From contig CDMY01000353.1 of NCBI GenBank assembly GCA_001179505.1, positions 41,546 through 105,545 of the forward strand: 64,000 nt of DNA, given 5' to 3'. How positions within the stretch are numbered: position 1 is the stretch's first letter; every line of letters begins with the position of its first letter. The translations under genes and the position numbers were made by a program. Under the pieces are notes generated by a model, which saw only the letters and a list, made by a program, of their open reading frames with translations, had not been told where the DNA came from and made no database searches. Source of the DNA: Vitrella brassicaformis CCMP3155 (lineage: Eukaryota > Protista > Chromerida). This document shows, in pieces, positions 27,726 to 38,512 of this stretch.

Positions 27726-30040
27726 GACTCAGGGTTCGGGTTTGGGTTTCAGGGTTCGCAAACCCCATTCATGTTATGGGTCGGGCTTGGGTTGCATGGT
27801 GGTTTTGTAGGGCATGTGATAGTCGCTTGTGTGATTGCTGATGGGCTGTTTGGTTTATGTCAGACTGCTGCTATCATCCATGTCGTATGGTGCGCATGTG
27901 TTTCTGCGATTGCTTGTGTCTTTGCGTGTGTGCAAATCCGTACCGACTCTAGATCAGACGTGCTGGTCGCCCATGCTTCCGTGTAAGTCAACCACACAAG
28001 AGTCAACCATCAAACCCCATTCATTTTCAATAATAATCGCGCCTGTACATTATCGGGGAGAACTCAAATCGACAGCGTGAGATACACAGGATGATTAGCG
28101 CACTCACAAGTCGCTCATTGATACCTGATTGATTCATTATATTTGATGCAGATCTCCGACGCAGATTCAGGAGGCACCGCTTGTCGCTGACTTCTGACTG
28201 CCGTGAGGTCAGCGGAGCAGCACAGCACATCCGTGGTGCACTGCCTGCTATCGCTGTGTGTCTGTCGTCTGGTCAGGAAAGCCGTGCTCGCGCCGTTCTG
28301 TCGCCCAAGACGATGAAACAAGAGACTCATGAAGCGTGTGTTGGGCGTTAGGTGTCTTGTCCTGCTGCTCCAACTTGGACCTCACCCCGCGATTTGTTCG
28401 CCTTCCCTCCCCTCGTTCGTCCACCCGGCGCGCGTGAACGCTCTGCGCAGCCGGACGGGACGACCCTTTGCCGCCGATGGCTCTGAGCACAAGACGCGGC
28501 TTGAGGCGACTCGGGCGCATCGGCTGGTTCGCTTCTTGCGGGGAATCGAGCTGCCAGCATTTGGCGACAGCCGCCGGCTGCGAGAGATGATGTATGCCGC
28601 GAATCACCGGCGGCCGCGCGACCACATCGGTCAAACGATACTGAATGGGCTCCTCGACTCCAGGGGGACCTTCATGGCGTGGCTGGGTAGCGCATTGGAA
28701 GACGTTGGTACGTCAGAGAGGGGGTCGCCTGACCTGTGTGTGACGGGATGTATCTATGTGTGCAGGCCTCACGATGAGCGACGGACCCCCCGACCCTGTG
28801 CGCGAGAGCATCAAGGCGCTCGCCGAGGTCTATGCATCTCGGCCCTTCCGTCACATCGAGGTCTCGGCCAGGGCACTTGAGCGGATCTGGCAGCAGTGCT
28901 GCAAAGATGGAAGGTCCGAAGCAAGTGGGGACCGACGAACGTATGCTCACCATCTGTGTGTGTGTGTGTGTGTGTTGTTGGCAGGAACTTCGAACAGTTC
29001 TACCTCGACATGTGGAGTGAGATTGACAACGGAAATGGTACGCACAGCGCCGACGAACGAACGAACGAACGAACGAACGCACTCGGACACAAGTACATCC
29101 ATCCCCTGTGTGTTTGTGTGGGTGTGTGTTCAGAGGAGCCTGAGCGGTGTTTCGGCCCCCCCATGTGGATCGACCTCGAGGACGAGTCCAGCCTGGACGC
29201 CATGCATGAGATGGCCAAAGAGCTGAACGTGGAGGCCATCTCAATAAACCGCTTGGGCAAGTGGAAATTGGCGACCCCAGAGGAAGCAGCAGAGTATGAT
29301 TTAAGATTCCCCCCCTGCCAATAACTGTCATGGTTGGGTCTTGGCGGGGCGGATTGGTGAGGGGCGGATTGAAGCATAGGTCTCCTTCCTGTGTGTGTAG
29401 AGAGATTAGATCGGTGACTTCTGGCTGGCACGAGACACATACTCTGTGGGTGTGGGTGTAGTTGTGATGGACCCTACGCCGGACCGATGCATTATCTATC
29501 GTTGGTTGATTGCAGCTAGTCATGAGAGCGCGTTGGATCGAGACATGACTGACTGACGTGCACCAACAAATCACAAACCACATAAAGCCCCAGCAAGCAT
29601 GCATAACATGTCATGACAACTATATCTCACAACACCCATGAATGGAATGCAGCAGCACGAACACACACACCTCCCCTCGACACACACCGTCGCATCGCGT
29701 TGCATTGCGGTCACCTTCCTACTCGCTCACTGACTCACACGCACCACGCAACCACACACGCATCCATTCACTCACTGCCGCCCACAATTGAACGTACGTT
29801 TGAGTTATCCATCCATCCCTTCGTCCGTTCGTTGCTTTGCCATGTTCGATGGTGCGTTTGTGTGTATGCAAGGAGAGAAAAGAGGGGACCAACCCGTTTT
29901 TTGTGAAAAACACTATCACACACACACACACAGACGTGCAGAGACATGACTGACTGACCTGATACTTCACGAGCGAGCGACCGTTGACCTCGGCTCTGCT
30001 CGAGTCTAATTGGTCCCTGCTGCCAGTGGAACAGACAGGC
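27726..30040 (+). repeat. Left copy of a ~2.2-kb inverted segmental duplication (partner 61612-63789)
   Basis: The reverse complement of 61612-63789 aligns by eye with the promoter, the 4-exon gene, its introns and ~700 bp of 3' flank. The left copy has ~290 extra bp at about 27770-28055. Ends are approximate. Confidence 0.92.
28329..29324 (+). CDS. Uncharacterised protein (~270 aa), paralog A, signal peptide plus FVHP transit-like leader, 4 exons
   Basis: MKRVLGVRCLVLLLQLGPHPAICSPSLPSFVHPARVNALRSRTGR...LEDV|GLTMS...CCKDG|RNFEQFYLDMWSEIDNGN|EEPERC..WIDLEDESSLDAMHEMA. All three GT-AG introns splice in frame and sit at the same positions as in paralog B. Confidence 0.75.
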
Positions 30041-31620
30041 AGGCAGGCAGGCAGGACACACGCGCACACAGGCAAACAACCGGCATCCATCCATCCATCC
30101 ATGAGTGAGTGACTGAGTGAGTGAGTGGGTGGTCAAAGTGACAGCAGGCTCGTCGGTGCGTCTTCGTGGAAGGCAGGCAGGCAGGCAGGCATGAGCCAAA
30201 CTACATGTGTGTAGCATTCATCGCATGTAGTAGGCACCAGACAAGTTTTGTATGTATGTATGTGTACGCGCGTACGGATGTCATCATGTATGTGTACGGA
30301 TGCCTATGTACGATAGATAACCATACATACATCGATCTCGTGAGAGAGCCATTCGTTCGTTCTCATCAATCACTCACAACGCTCAGAATGGGGCGGCGTG
30401 GCGTTGCGCGCGTATCGATCCGTCGCAGCCCCGCTCACACCACAAACATGTGTACGTATGTGTATATGTATGTGTACATGTACATGTACATGTACAAGTA
30501 GTGAGTAAGTCGATCCATCCATCCCTTTCGATGAAAGAAAAAGACAGCAAGCGACACACGACAGCAGCAGAGAAGCACATGAGAAATGGGGGAAGGCGGA
30601 GGGGAGGGGGTGGATCATCATGCATGTACATACATCTTAAATATGCATATGTATTATGATTGTGTGCAGACAAGTTTTGGTGCCCGACATCCACGTACAC
30701 ATGCAACCTATATATCGACCTACTCCTCAACACATACACACACACATACACATGCAGATGGACCCGACCACACAACACACCACACAAGCATTACAACAAA
30801 GTGGCAAAAAGTTGCTGCGGCGGCAATGCGCCGCGCCTTTGTCTGCCCTCTCTCCCCTCCCTCTGTCCGCCTGCCTGTCATGTTAGGCAGCCAGGCAGAC
30901 AGGCAGGGAATGAGCCAGAGAAGGAGCGGAGCCTTTGTGTCTTACATTGATAGAAAACATAAAACGCTGGACAGACAGACAGACAGACAGATGGATGCAA
31001 GACCTGCAGAAAAATCCTTCGATGGGTCGCTCCAGTTTCGATCAGTATTATGACGCGATTAGTGACGGATATATGCACGTGTGCATACAGAGTGCCGGCA
31101 GGATCACACATGTATACACACATGGGCTGGGATGGCTATACAATGCAACGCAAAACCGTCATACGTCATAACCGGAGTGAACCGACAGAGAGGAACCAAC
31201 CAACCAACCAACCATCCCACCCCCTCTCTTTCCTCTCTCTCTCTCTCTCTTTCTCTCTCGCTGTGCTGTGCCACAAGAAAACTGTCAGTGTATCACTCTT
31301 CTCTCTCGCCCCTCCTGTCTGAATTCTGAATTACTCGCCTGCCCTTCTAGGCATGCATGTATGCACCGCACGCCGCACCCCGTCCTTCTCCTCTCCCTCC
31401 TCCCCTCTGCTTGTCTGTGCCTCTGTCTGTTCGCCGTGCCTTGGCGCGAAAAACACCCACCCATGCGGACGTGCGGACGCACTAGCTGCTGAAAAGCAAA
31501 TGTGCGCGCGACGTTGGCCAAACCGCATAAACAAAAGTGCGGCACGACAGACAGACAGACAGACAGACAGAGACACGGCACACACGTACACACATGCAAT
31601 CCACCCCAACGCATACGTAC
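30040..31620. repeat. Microsatellite-rich intergenic tract: (GGCA)n, (CCAT)n, (GAGT)n, (TGTACA)n, (GACA)n, (CAAC)n, (CT)n
   Basis: Simple repeats are visible directly. ORF-track entries here are low-complexity translations. Confidence 0.9.
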
Positions 31621-31635
31621 GTACAACACACACGC

Positions 31636-34600
31636 TCACACCATCCTGACAGCGTTCATCCGGAGTGTGTCTGGCTGCCCCCTGTAGACCTCTGTGGTGC
31701 TCACGTGCTGCACGGGCACCTGCACCACCGGCGGCAGACTCATCACCTCCGCACCCTCGTAACGGCCACCACCACCTCCCCCGAAGAACGGCGACCTGTC
31801 GGCCTTGCGCGGGGCCTGGGCACGCTGCTGTTGCGGCTGCTGTGGCTGCTGGCCTCCAGATCCCGATGAGGTTGCGCTGGCCCCTCCCCTCTCTGCCTCG
31901 CTGGCCGTGGATGGGGCATTAGTGAGGTTGGATGAGGACGTCACGCCGAAGACGGAGGCGAGAGTGGTCCGCAGGTGGCCGTCGGTCATGGTGCTGATGT
32001 CCTCGTTGTTGAGCGACGCCGGGATGCGAGGCGTGTGGCCGCAGAAGGAGAAGGTGCTGCGGGACCTGTTGGTGTTAGGCGTCTCGCGCTCGCCGCCCTC
32101 TTCGAAATAGCATGGACAGACGCCATCCACGACCGGATGGAAGCCCAGGTCGCCGTTCATGTAGGGGCAGGCGGCCGTGTGCTGGAGGAAGCCCACCGGC
32201 GTCTTGCCCTCCTTGGCTGTGTGGGTGCCCGTGCCCAGGCTGGGCGTGGGCGCGTCGCTGCCCCGTGCCGGCGTGAACGGGGTGATCCCGCCGCCGAGCT
32301 CGCTGGGGGCGCGCGAGAGGATGACGGAAGCCATCTCGGTGGAGCACGAGTCTGTGTCGGAGATGTCGCGGGAGCCCCGTTTGTTCCTCCGTCGCTGGCG
32401 CTTAACGACGTACGAGGCGATGAACACCGACGCAGTGGTGAGGATCGCCACGATCAGCCCCCACATCCACACGGGCAGCAGCAGAGGTCCAGACAGAAAA
32501 GTGGACGAAGACAGCGGAGAAGAGGCGGCGGCGGGAGAGGGTCGTTTGACATCCTTGCTCATCCCGCCCGCTGGCGCGTCCTTGGTTCCCGGCGCACCCT
32601 CATCACCCCCCCCATCAGATGTCTCGACGGAGGAAGGCATGCCTGGCGGGGCGGTGGGCAGGTCCTCGCCTGAGAGCCGCCCCGTGGCCAGCTCGTAGGG
32701 CGGCAGCTTGAGGGCCGACAGCCGCGCGAGAACGGGTGTGTCGGCGTCGACAGAGTATGTGCGCTGCAGGAGAGAGGTCTTATTGGTGAGGGCGTCCTGC
32801 AGCTGGCTCCGCCGCTGCTCGAACATCGGCGAGCTGATCGACATCGACTCAGGCACCTCCTCTGCTATCCTGCAATCATTCATTCAGAGGACCAAGCGTG
32901 TGTCTGCCGGTCTGTCTCTCTGTCTCTCTGTCTCTCTGTCTGTCTGTCTGTCTGTCCCTCTGTCGTCTGACCTGAAAAGGACGATGATGGACCCCTTGAT
33001 GAGCTTGAGTATGTGCACGTTGTCGGGGGAGGGGATGCCCAGAGTGGCGGCAATGACGCGCTGCAGCTGACGCTTGGTCGTCGACACAACGTCGGGGGGC
33101 TGACTCTGCACACAACCATCCATCGCACACACAAGCAAGGGGGATATGGTCATTGTGCGCCGGGTCGCTGCGCCCCGTGTGTCGTTGCTTACCGCCACAG
33201 CCGTCTTGTAGTCGACGTGCAAAATTCGGATTTGATAAGCCCAGTCGCTGGCAGCGGGGGGACGCACGGGCGGGGGCGCTGGTGTGGCGACCTGCTTTGA
33301 TTTCACCACCTCCTCTTCTGTGGCTGCCGTGTTGATGTCATCGTCTTCCTTTGCTGCTGTGGTGTCCTCCTGCTCTTCTTCTATCTGTTCGTCGGGTAGA
33401 GGAGGGGTCTCCTCGGATGTGGGTTCGGGGGCAGGAGGGGGTGTCCTCATCACTTGGAAGGCGTGCTTGGGGCCTTTCTGCTCTCGCTCCTTGACCCGCT
33501 TAGTCAGCTCGGGCAGTGGCAGCATCACCCCTGTGCCGTCGCCCATCTTGCTCGTCTGCTCTTCCTTGGCGGGCTCAATCGGCTGCTGCACCTGCTCGTC
33601 CTCGATGTCGTCATCAATCTCGGCCTGCTCCTCCTCGGCCGCCTCCTTCTCCTTCTCCTTCTCCTTCTCTCGCTCCTCCTGCTCTTCTCGTTCAGGCTCT
33701 TCTTGCTCGCGCTCTTCCTTCTCTTGTCGCTCGCGTGTTTCCTGTCGGTCCTCTTCCTCCTGCTGTTGCCTCTGGGTTTTGTCGTTCCAGTAGTGCTCCC
33801 AGTACTCGTGCATGAAGTCGCCGGTGATGGTGTTGTCGTGGTCGGGGCTGCACACCTGCGGGCAGCTGGGGCACAGACCGTGCTGTGCGATACACAAGTT
33901 GAACCCAACCTGAGTAGTGAGTGAAAAGAGAATGGAACTAAAAGTTGACGGAAGAACGGCGCTCACACACGTGCTTACCGATGTGTTAGTGGGTTGGCTG
34001 TGGACTTGGAATCTAAAGTGCCAGTGGCCGTTCTCATAGTTGTGTGGCTGTTTCCAGTTGTGAGGCCACCCCACCGGCCACTGCCCCCGGCCACCGGTGA
34101 GGACCTGCAAAGGCAGGAACCAGAAGCCCCTCTGCCGGAAGGGCTTGCCGCGCTGCACAATCTCCTCGTTGGCGTGCAGGACGACGAACTCGCCCTCCTT
34201 GTGCTGGCCGGCCATCATGGCGACGACGTCGATACTGTCCCACCCGCTGAACTCGAACCCCTGTGCGACGGCTACGATGGTTGCGGTCAAGTTGATGGGG
34301 AGGTAGTCGTCCATGCGATCGCCGCAGAAGCCCCATGGGGAGTCGAAGTCGGACACCACACAGCCTTCCGTGGCCGGGCCGCGGCGGTCGAAAGAGCGGA
34401 TCGGGATCGACAAACGATGAATCTCGTGGGGACTCGAGAAGTCCACATGGCTGGGGAGGGAAAACAGAACAGGAGGAAACGCCCGACGTCATCATATCTA
34501 CGACTGTGTGGAGGGAGGGTTGTGCGCTTTCTGGTGCGAACGTACTGGTCGACGATCTTTTGGGTCCACTGCGATGGCGATGATGTAGAAAAGACGAATG

Positions 34601-34832
34601 GACCCGGCATCTCGGTGGGCGGCACTCTCAGCGCATACGTGTCCATGTCTTGGCCATTATTATCACCCTCTGATCAACCAGCCAGCCAATAGACAAACAC
34701 GCGTCGCGTGCAACACATGTGAATATGCGCCCATTGCTCTGCTGCTCGTGCTGCTGACGCTGCCTGGATGTGCGCCTTACGTGAGATGGCGAGGGGCAGA
34801 GTGGTCACGATGAGGGCGATGAAAAACACCAT
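31636..34832 (-). CDS. Type I membrane/surface protein: signal peptide, ectodomain, Glu/Lys/Arg-rich stalk, SEA-like module, TM helix, Ser/Thr-rich tail
   Basis: MVFFIALIVTTLPLAIS|QG.., Cys cluster CIAQHGLCPSCPQVC, acidic stalk, VIAATLGIPSPDNVHILKLIKGSIIVLF, TM LLLPVWMWGLIVAILTTASVFIASYVV followed by KRQRRRNKR. An alternative upstream ATG lies at 34919. Confidence 0.8.
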
Positions 34833-35266
34833 AGGTGTCCAACCAAACTTCGGTCGTCCCGGTGCAGCGCCGCCATCCCCCGCGGGGTCTGCCGTACGAT
34901 GGTGGTGGCACACCGACATTGCCGTACCCAGTCACCCAGCAAGTCTGCCTGCCCGCCTGCGCCTTCAACTCCCCTCCGCTCGGCGTCCGCCGCGTGACAG
35001 CCCGTCAGCCACACAACCCCGGCGACGAAAGATGCACTTCCAAAGTCACAGCAGCATTCCACTCGGCTAGGCCTGGTTGTATATACGTGTGTGTGTGCAG
35101 TGCTCCAGCCGGGGTGGAGGGAAAGACAGGAGGACAGAGGATGCACCACGTACAACTTTTGCCGTTGGCGCGAGCTATGAAAGTGCTCGCGCTGAGGATG
35201 CAAAAGACTCATGAAGCGTGTGTTCGGCGTTAGTTGTCTTGTCCTGCTGCGAACGAAGACGGTTTC

Positions 35267-37077
35267 ATGCGCCTGAACTCCCGGATCATTGCAGCCACCG
35301 TCAGCCTCACACCCGCAGGTCTCACATTAGCGACAGATCTGCCCCGCCGTTTCACTTTCATCGCTCCTTGCCGAGGTCCGCTCATCGCCCGTTGCCAGCC
35401 ATCATCCGCATCAACAAGCCTCTCTGCCGCGCACACACCAGCGACAGCAAGCATTGCGACCATGCCGGCTGATTCTCAGAAGATGCCTCTGTGGCACATC
35501 TCTCATCGTGGCGGAGCCGCTGAGGTATGCCGGGTTGAAAGGGGATGATGTGCGATGCGAATGACGTGATGTGGTGCATCGCATTGCATTGCTGCTTTTC
35601 CAGGCGCCTGAAAACACCCTGGCGGCTTTCCAGTATGCGGCCGACGAGTGCAAGACCAACATGTTTGAACTCGATGTGTGGCAGACCGCCGACAAGTCAG
35701 CAGACACACACCACCCTCTCACGTGCTCACGACCAGACAAGAGATGATCTCTGTGCTCGCTCTGTGTAGGCAGGTGGTGGTTGCGCACGACAACAACACT
35801 ATGCGGATGACAGGCGTAGACTGCCTCATCACAGCCACGAGGTTCAGCGACCTGCCCAAGACGCTGCCCACAGACCAGCTGGCACCGCCTGACGACCACG
35901 TCGATGTGGTGGGAACCATCAGTCACTCATCTCATTCCACATAACACAGAGGCAGCTCTGATGGACTGACTGCATATGTGTTGGTTGTATGTGCAGAAGA
36001 CATTTGGCGGGTTTGCCCGTTCCTACCCCCCTCAGCCGTATCTGCTGCTCGAGGACCTCTTCAAGAGGTGCGTGGGTGTGGTGTGCACTGCATACGGAGG
36101 GAGGTTTGCTGATCGGTGCGTGTGGTGCTTGCTCGTCAGCTTCCCCACCATGCCGATGCACATCGATGTCAAGGAGAAGGGCTCCAGGGAGACCGTCGTC
36201 AAGGTACCTGTCTGAACAGCCACGACACGAAGGCTGATGGGGTCATTGGAATGTGTGTGTGTGCGTGTGTGCAGGTGATTCAGCTGGTCCGCAAGTACCG
36301 CCGCGAGCACCTGACCTTCCTCTCCAGCTTCAATGACGCCAACGTCAAGACTGTCAGGTCACTCGCGCCAGAGGTCAGGGCGCCGCGAAAGGGGGAACGA
36401 CCAATGTGTATGTGCATCGACCGCATCATCCACCACCCGTCCGTATGTCTGTTTATGTGTGTGTGCTTCGGTCAGGTGCCCGTGACATCGCCTCCATTGC
36501 GTCTGCTGCAGCTGATGATATTCTACTGGATCGGATACCTTCCTTACTGCAACCTCCGGTCAGTCAGGCCGACAGACAGAGCCGCGAGGCTTCCTCCTTT
36601 CTCTGCACATGCGTGTGTATGTCTGTGTGTGAATCAGGGAGAGCGCGATATCGATCCCTCTGACGCGGCACTTCTTCGAGTGGGAGCGGAAGAAACTCTT
36701 CAACGCACTCCACAAGTAGCCATCCGTCCATCCATCCATCGGATGAATGACCGACGATTCGTTGTCAGGCGCATCGGTGTCTTTGTGGCCGGCAAGATTG
36801 CCCAGTGGCTGACGGGCCTCGCGTACCGAGCCATGAGACAGAAGAAGTTTATACGCATCCTCAAGGTACATGTGTGCACAAACAGACTATCATCAATCCA
36901 GTAGCCATCCCATCTCCTCTCTGTGTGCGTGTCTATCAGCGCCGCGGCGTGCGTGTGATATACTGGGTGCTCAACTACGATGAGGATTTCCAGGAGGCCT
37001 TTGACCTGGGTGCTGACGGTGTCATGACTGACAGGCCCGCCGCGCTGAGGAAATACCTCGACAAACGGGGCTTGTAG
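35267..37077 (+). CDS. Glycerophosphodiester phosphodiesterase (GDPD1/GDPD3-like lysophospholipase D); start 35267 or 35462
   Basis: HISHRGGAAE|APENTLAAF..MFELDVWQTAD|.VVVAHD..., MHIDVK, FLSSF, YWVLNYDEDFQEAFDLGADGVMTDRP. Confidence 0.93.
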
Positions 37078-38512
37078 CTCGTTGCAAACACGACGGCCAT
37101 CCACAACGCAGGGGGCCTTGTGACCACGTGTATGTGGTTGGGGTGGGGACGCGTCGATTGATTTTTGTAGTGGCTGGCTGGCTGGCTGGCTCGTTGCGTG
37201 TGGTCGGTTGATTCGCCGACAGACAGGGGGATGGCCGCGTATACGTAAGAGAGTGGCTCGATGGATGGATGAAGGGTTTGCCTGCTGCCACTGAAAAGTG
37301 AGACCCAGCTGCCCCTGGGCCGTGTTTTTTCTGTCTGACGATTTGGCCAGCACCAAGAGACAGCTCTGCAGAGGAGACACACGACGAACAAAGGAGCCGG
37401 GGATTTCTTTCGACAGCTTTGCTCGCAGGCTGCGCATGTGTCGCTTCATTCACTGTGTGTGCATGTGTCTCAGAGTGGTTGTTCCCCGAGAACGACGAGG
37501 CACGGAAGAAGATGGCCTCTCTGTAGAGTGCTGAGTGGCGGATAGGTATTTGGCGGATGCCCACATAGATTGTCGGAGAGTGTGTGTGTGCATGTCTGAG
37601 GACGTGCTGAATGTGTGTGAAGGGCATTGATTGAGATGAATGGGGAAGGTTGCCTCCCTCTCCCCCTTGCTGTCTGGCCGGGTGTCGGTAGTTTGTGCAG
37701 ATGGGGGCAGGGCACGCAGATAGCTACGACCACAACCGTCCATGTGAATGGCCATTGTGTTGTATGTGTCGCTGCATGCATGTGTGTACGTCGACTTGAT
37801 TCACATCCATCAATGCCATGCTTGACGATCAGTTCGCCACACCCATGCACGCACAGGTCATTCTTTGTCACACCCACACCCAAGAATTGATGTTCATCGC
37901 TCGTGCTGCGCATGTGCTTGAAATTGCTCCTGCGGACCGGCCACGTCAAGAAGAACAAAAAGAAAGAGACATGCATGTTGCTGTTGCCGTGCCTCTCTTT
38001 CCCCTTAGCGTGGTGCGGTATGGTGTAGGTGGGGTGGGGTGGGGTGGGTTGGTGAGGATCGATTCAAGTGGATCGATGAGCGAATCGCTGAGTGAGGGAA
38101 CCAGCTGGCATGAATCGATCAATCGATGAATCGATAAGGTCACATCGCCGTTGTGTTCGTTGGCACCCCGTACATGCCGTGCAGTGTGTACCCCCATCAC
38201 TCACACTTAAAACCCCTCCATAGGCCAGCATACACCCAACACACACGTGAGCATCGCAACACAGCGCATCCAACACGAGGAACAAACTTGCCGGCATCTC
38301 TCACGAGCGAACTGCGTGGCGGTGAACAAGGAGAGTCTCAGCAACCGTATATCTCGAGATATACAGCGCTGCGACCCAACCCATCCACCGACACGCCGTC
38401 CACACGACAGAAGATGCCCAGCATGCAATCGCATCGCCGCAAAATTCATGGAGCCGTCAAAACCTCTCTGTCCTTTCCACACCACACCCACGCTCAATCC
38501 CCCTCATCTCGT

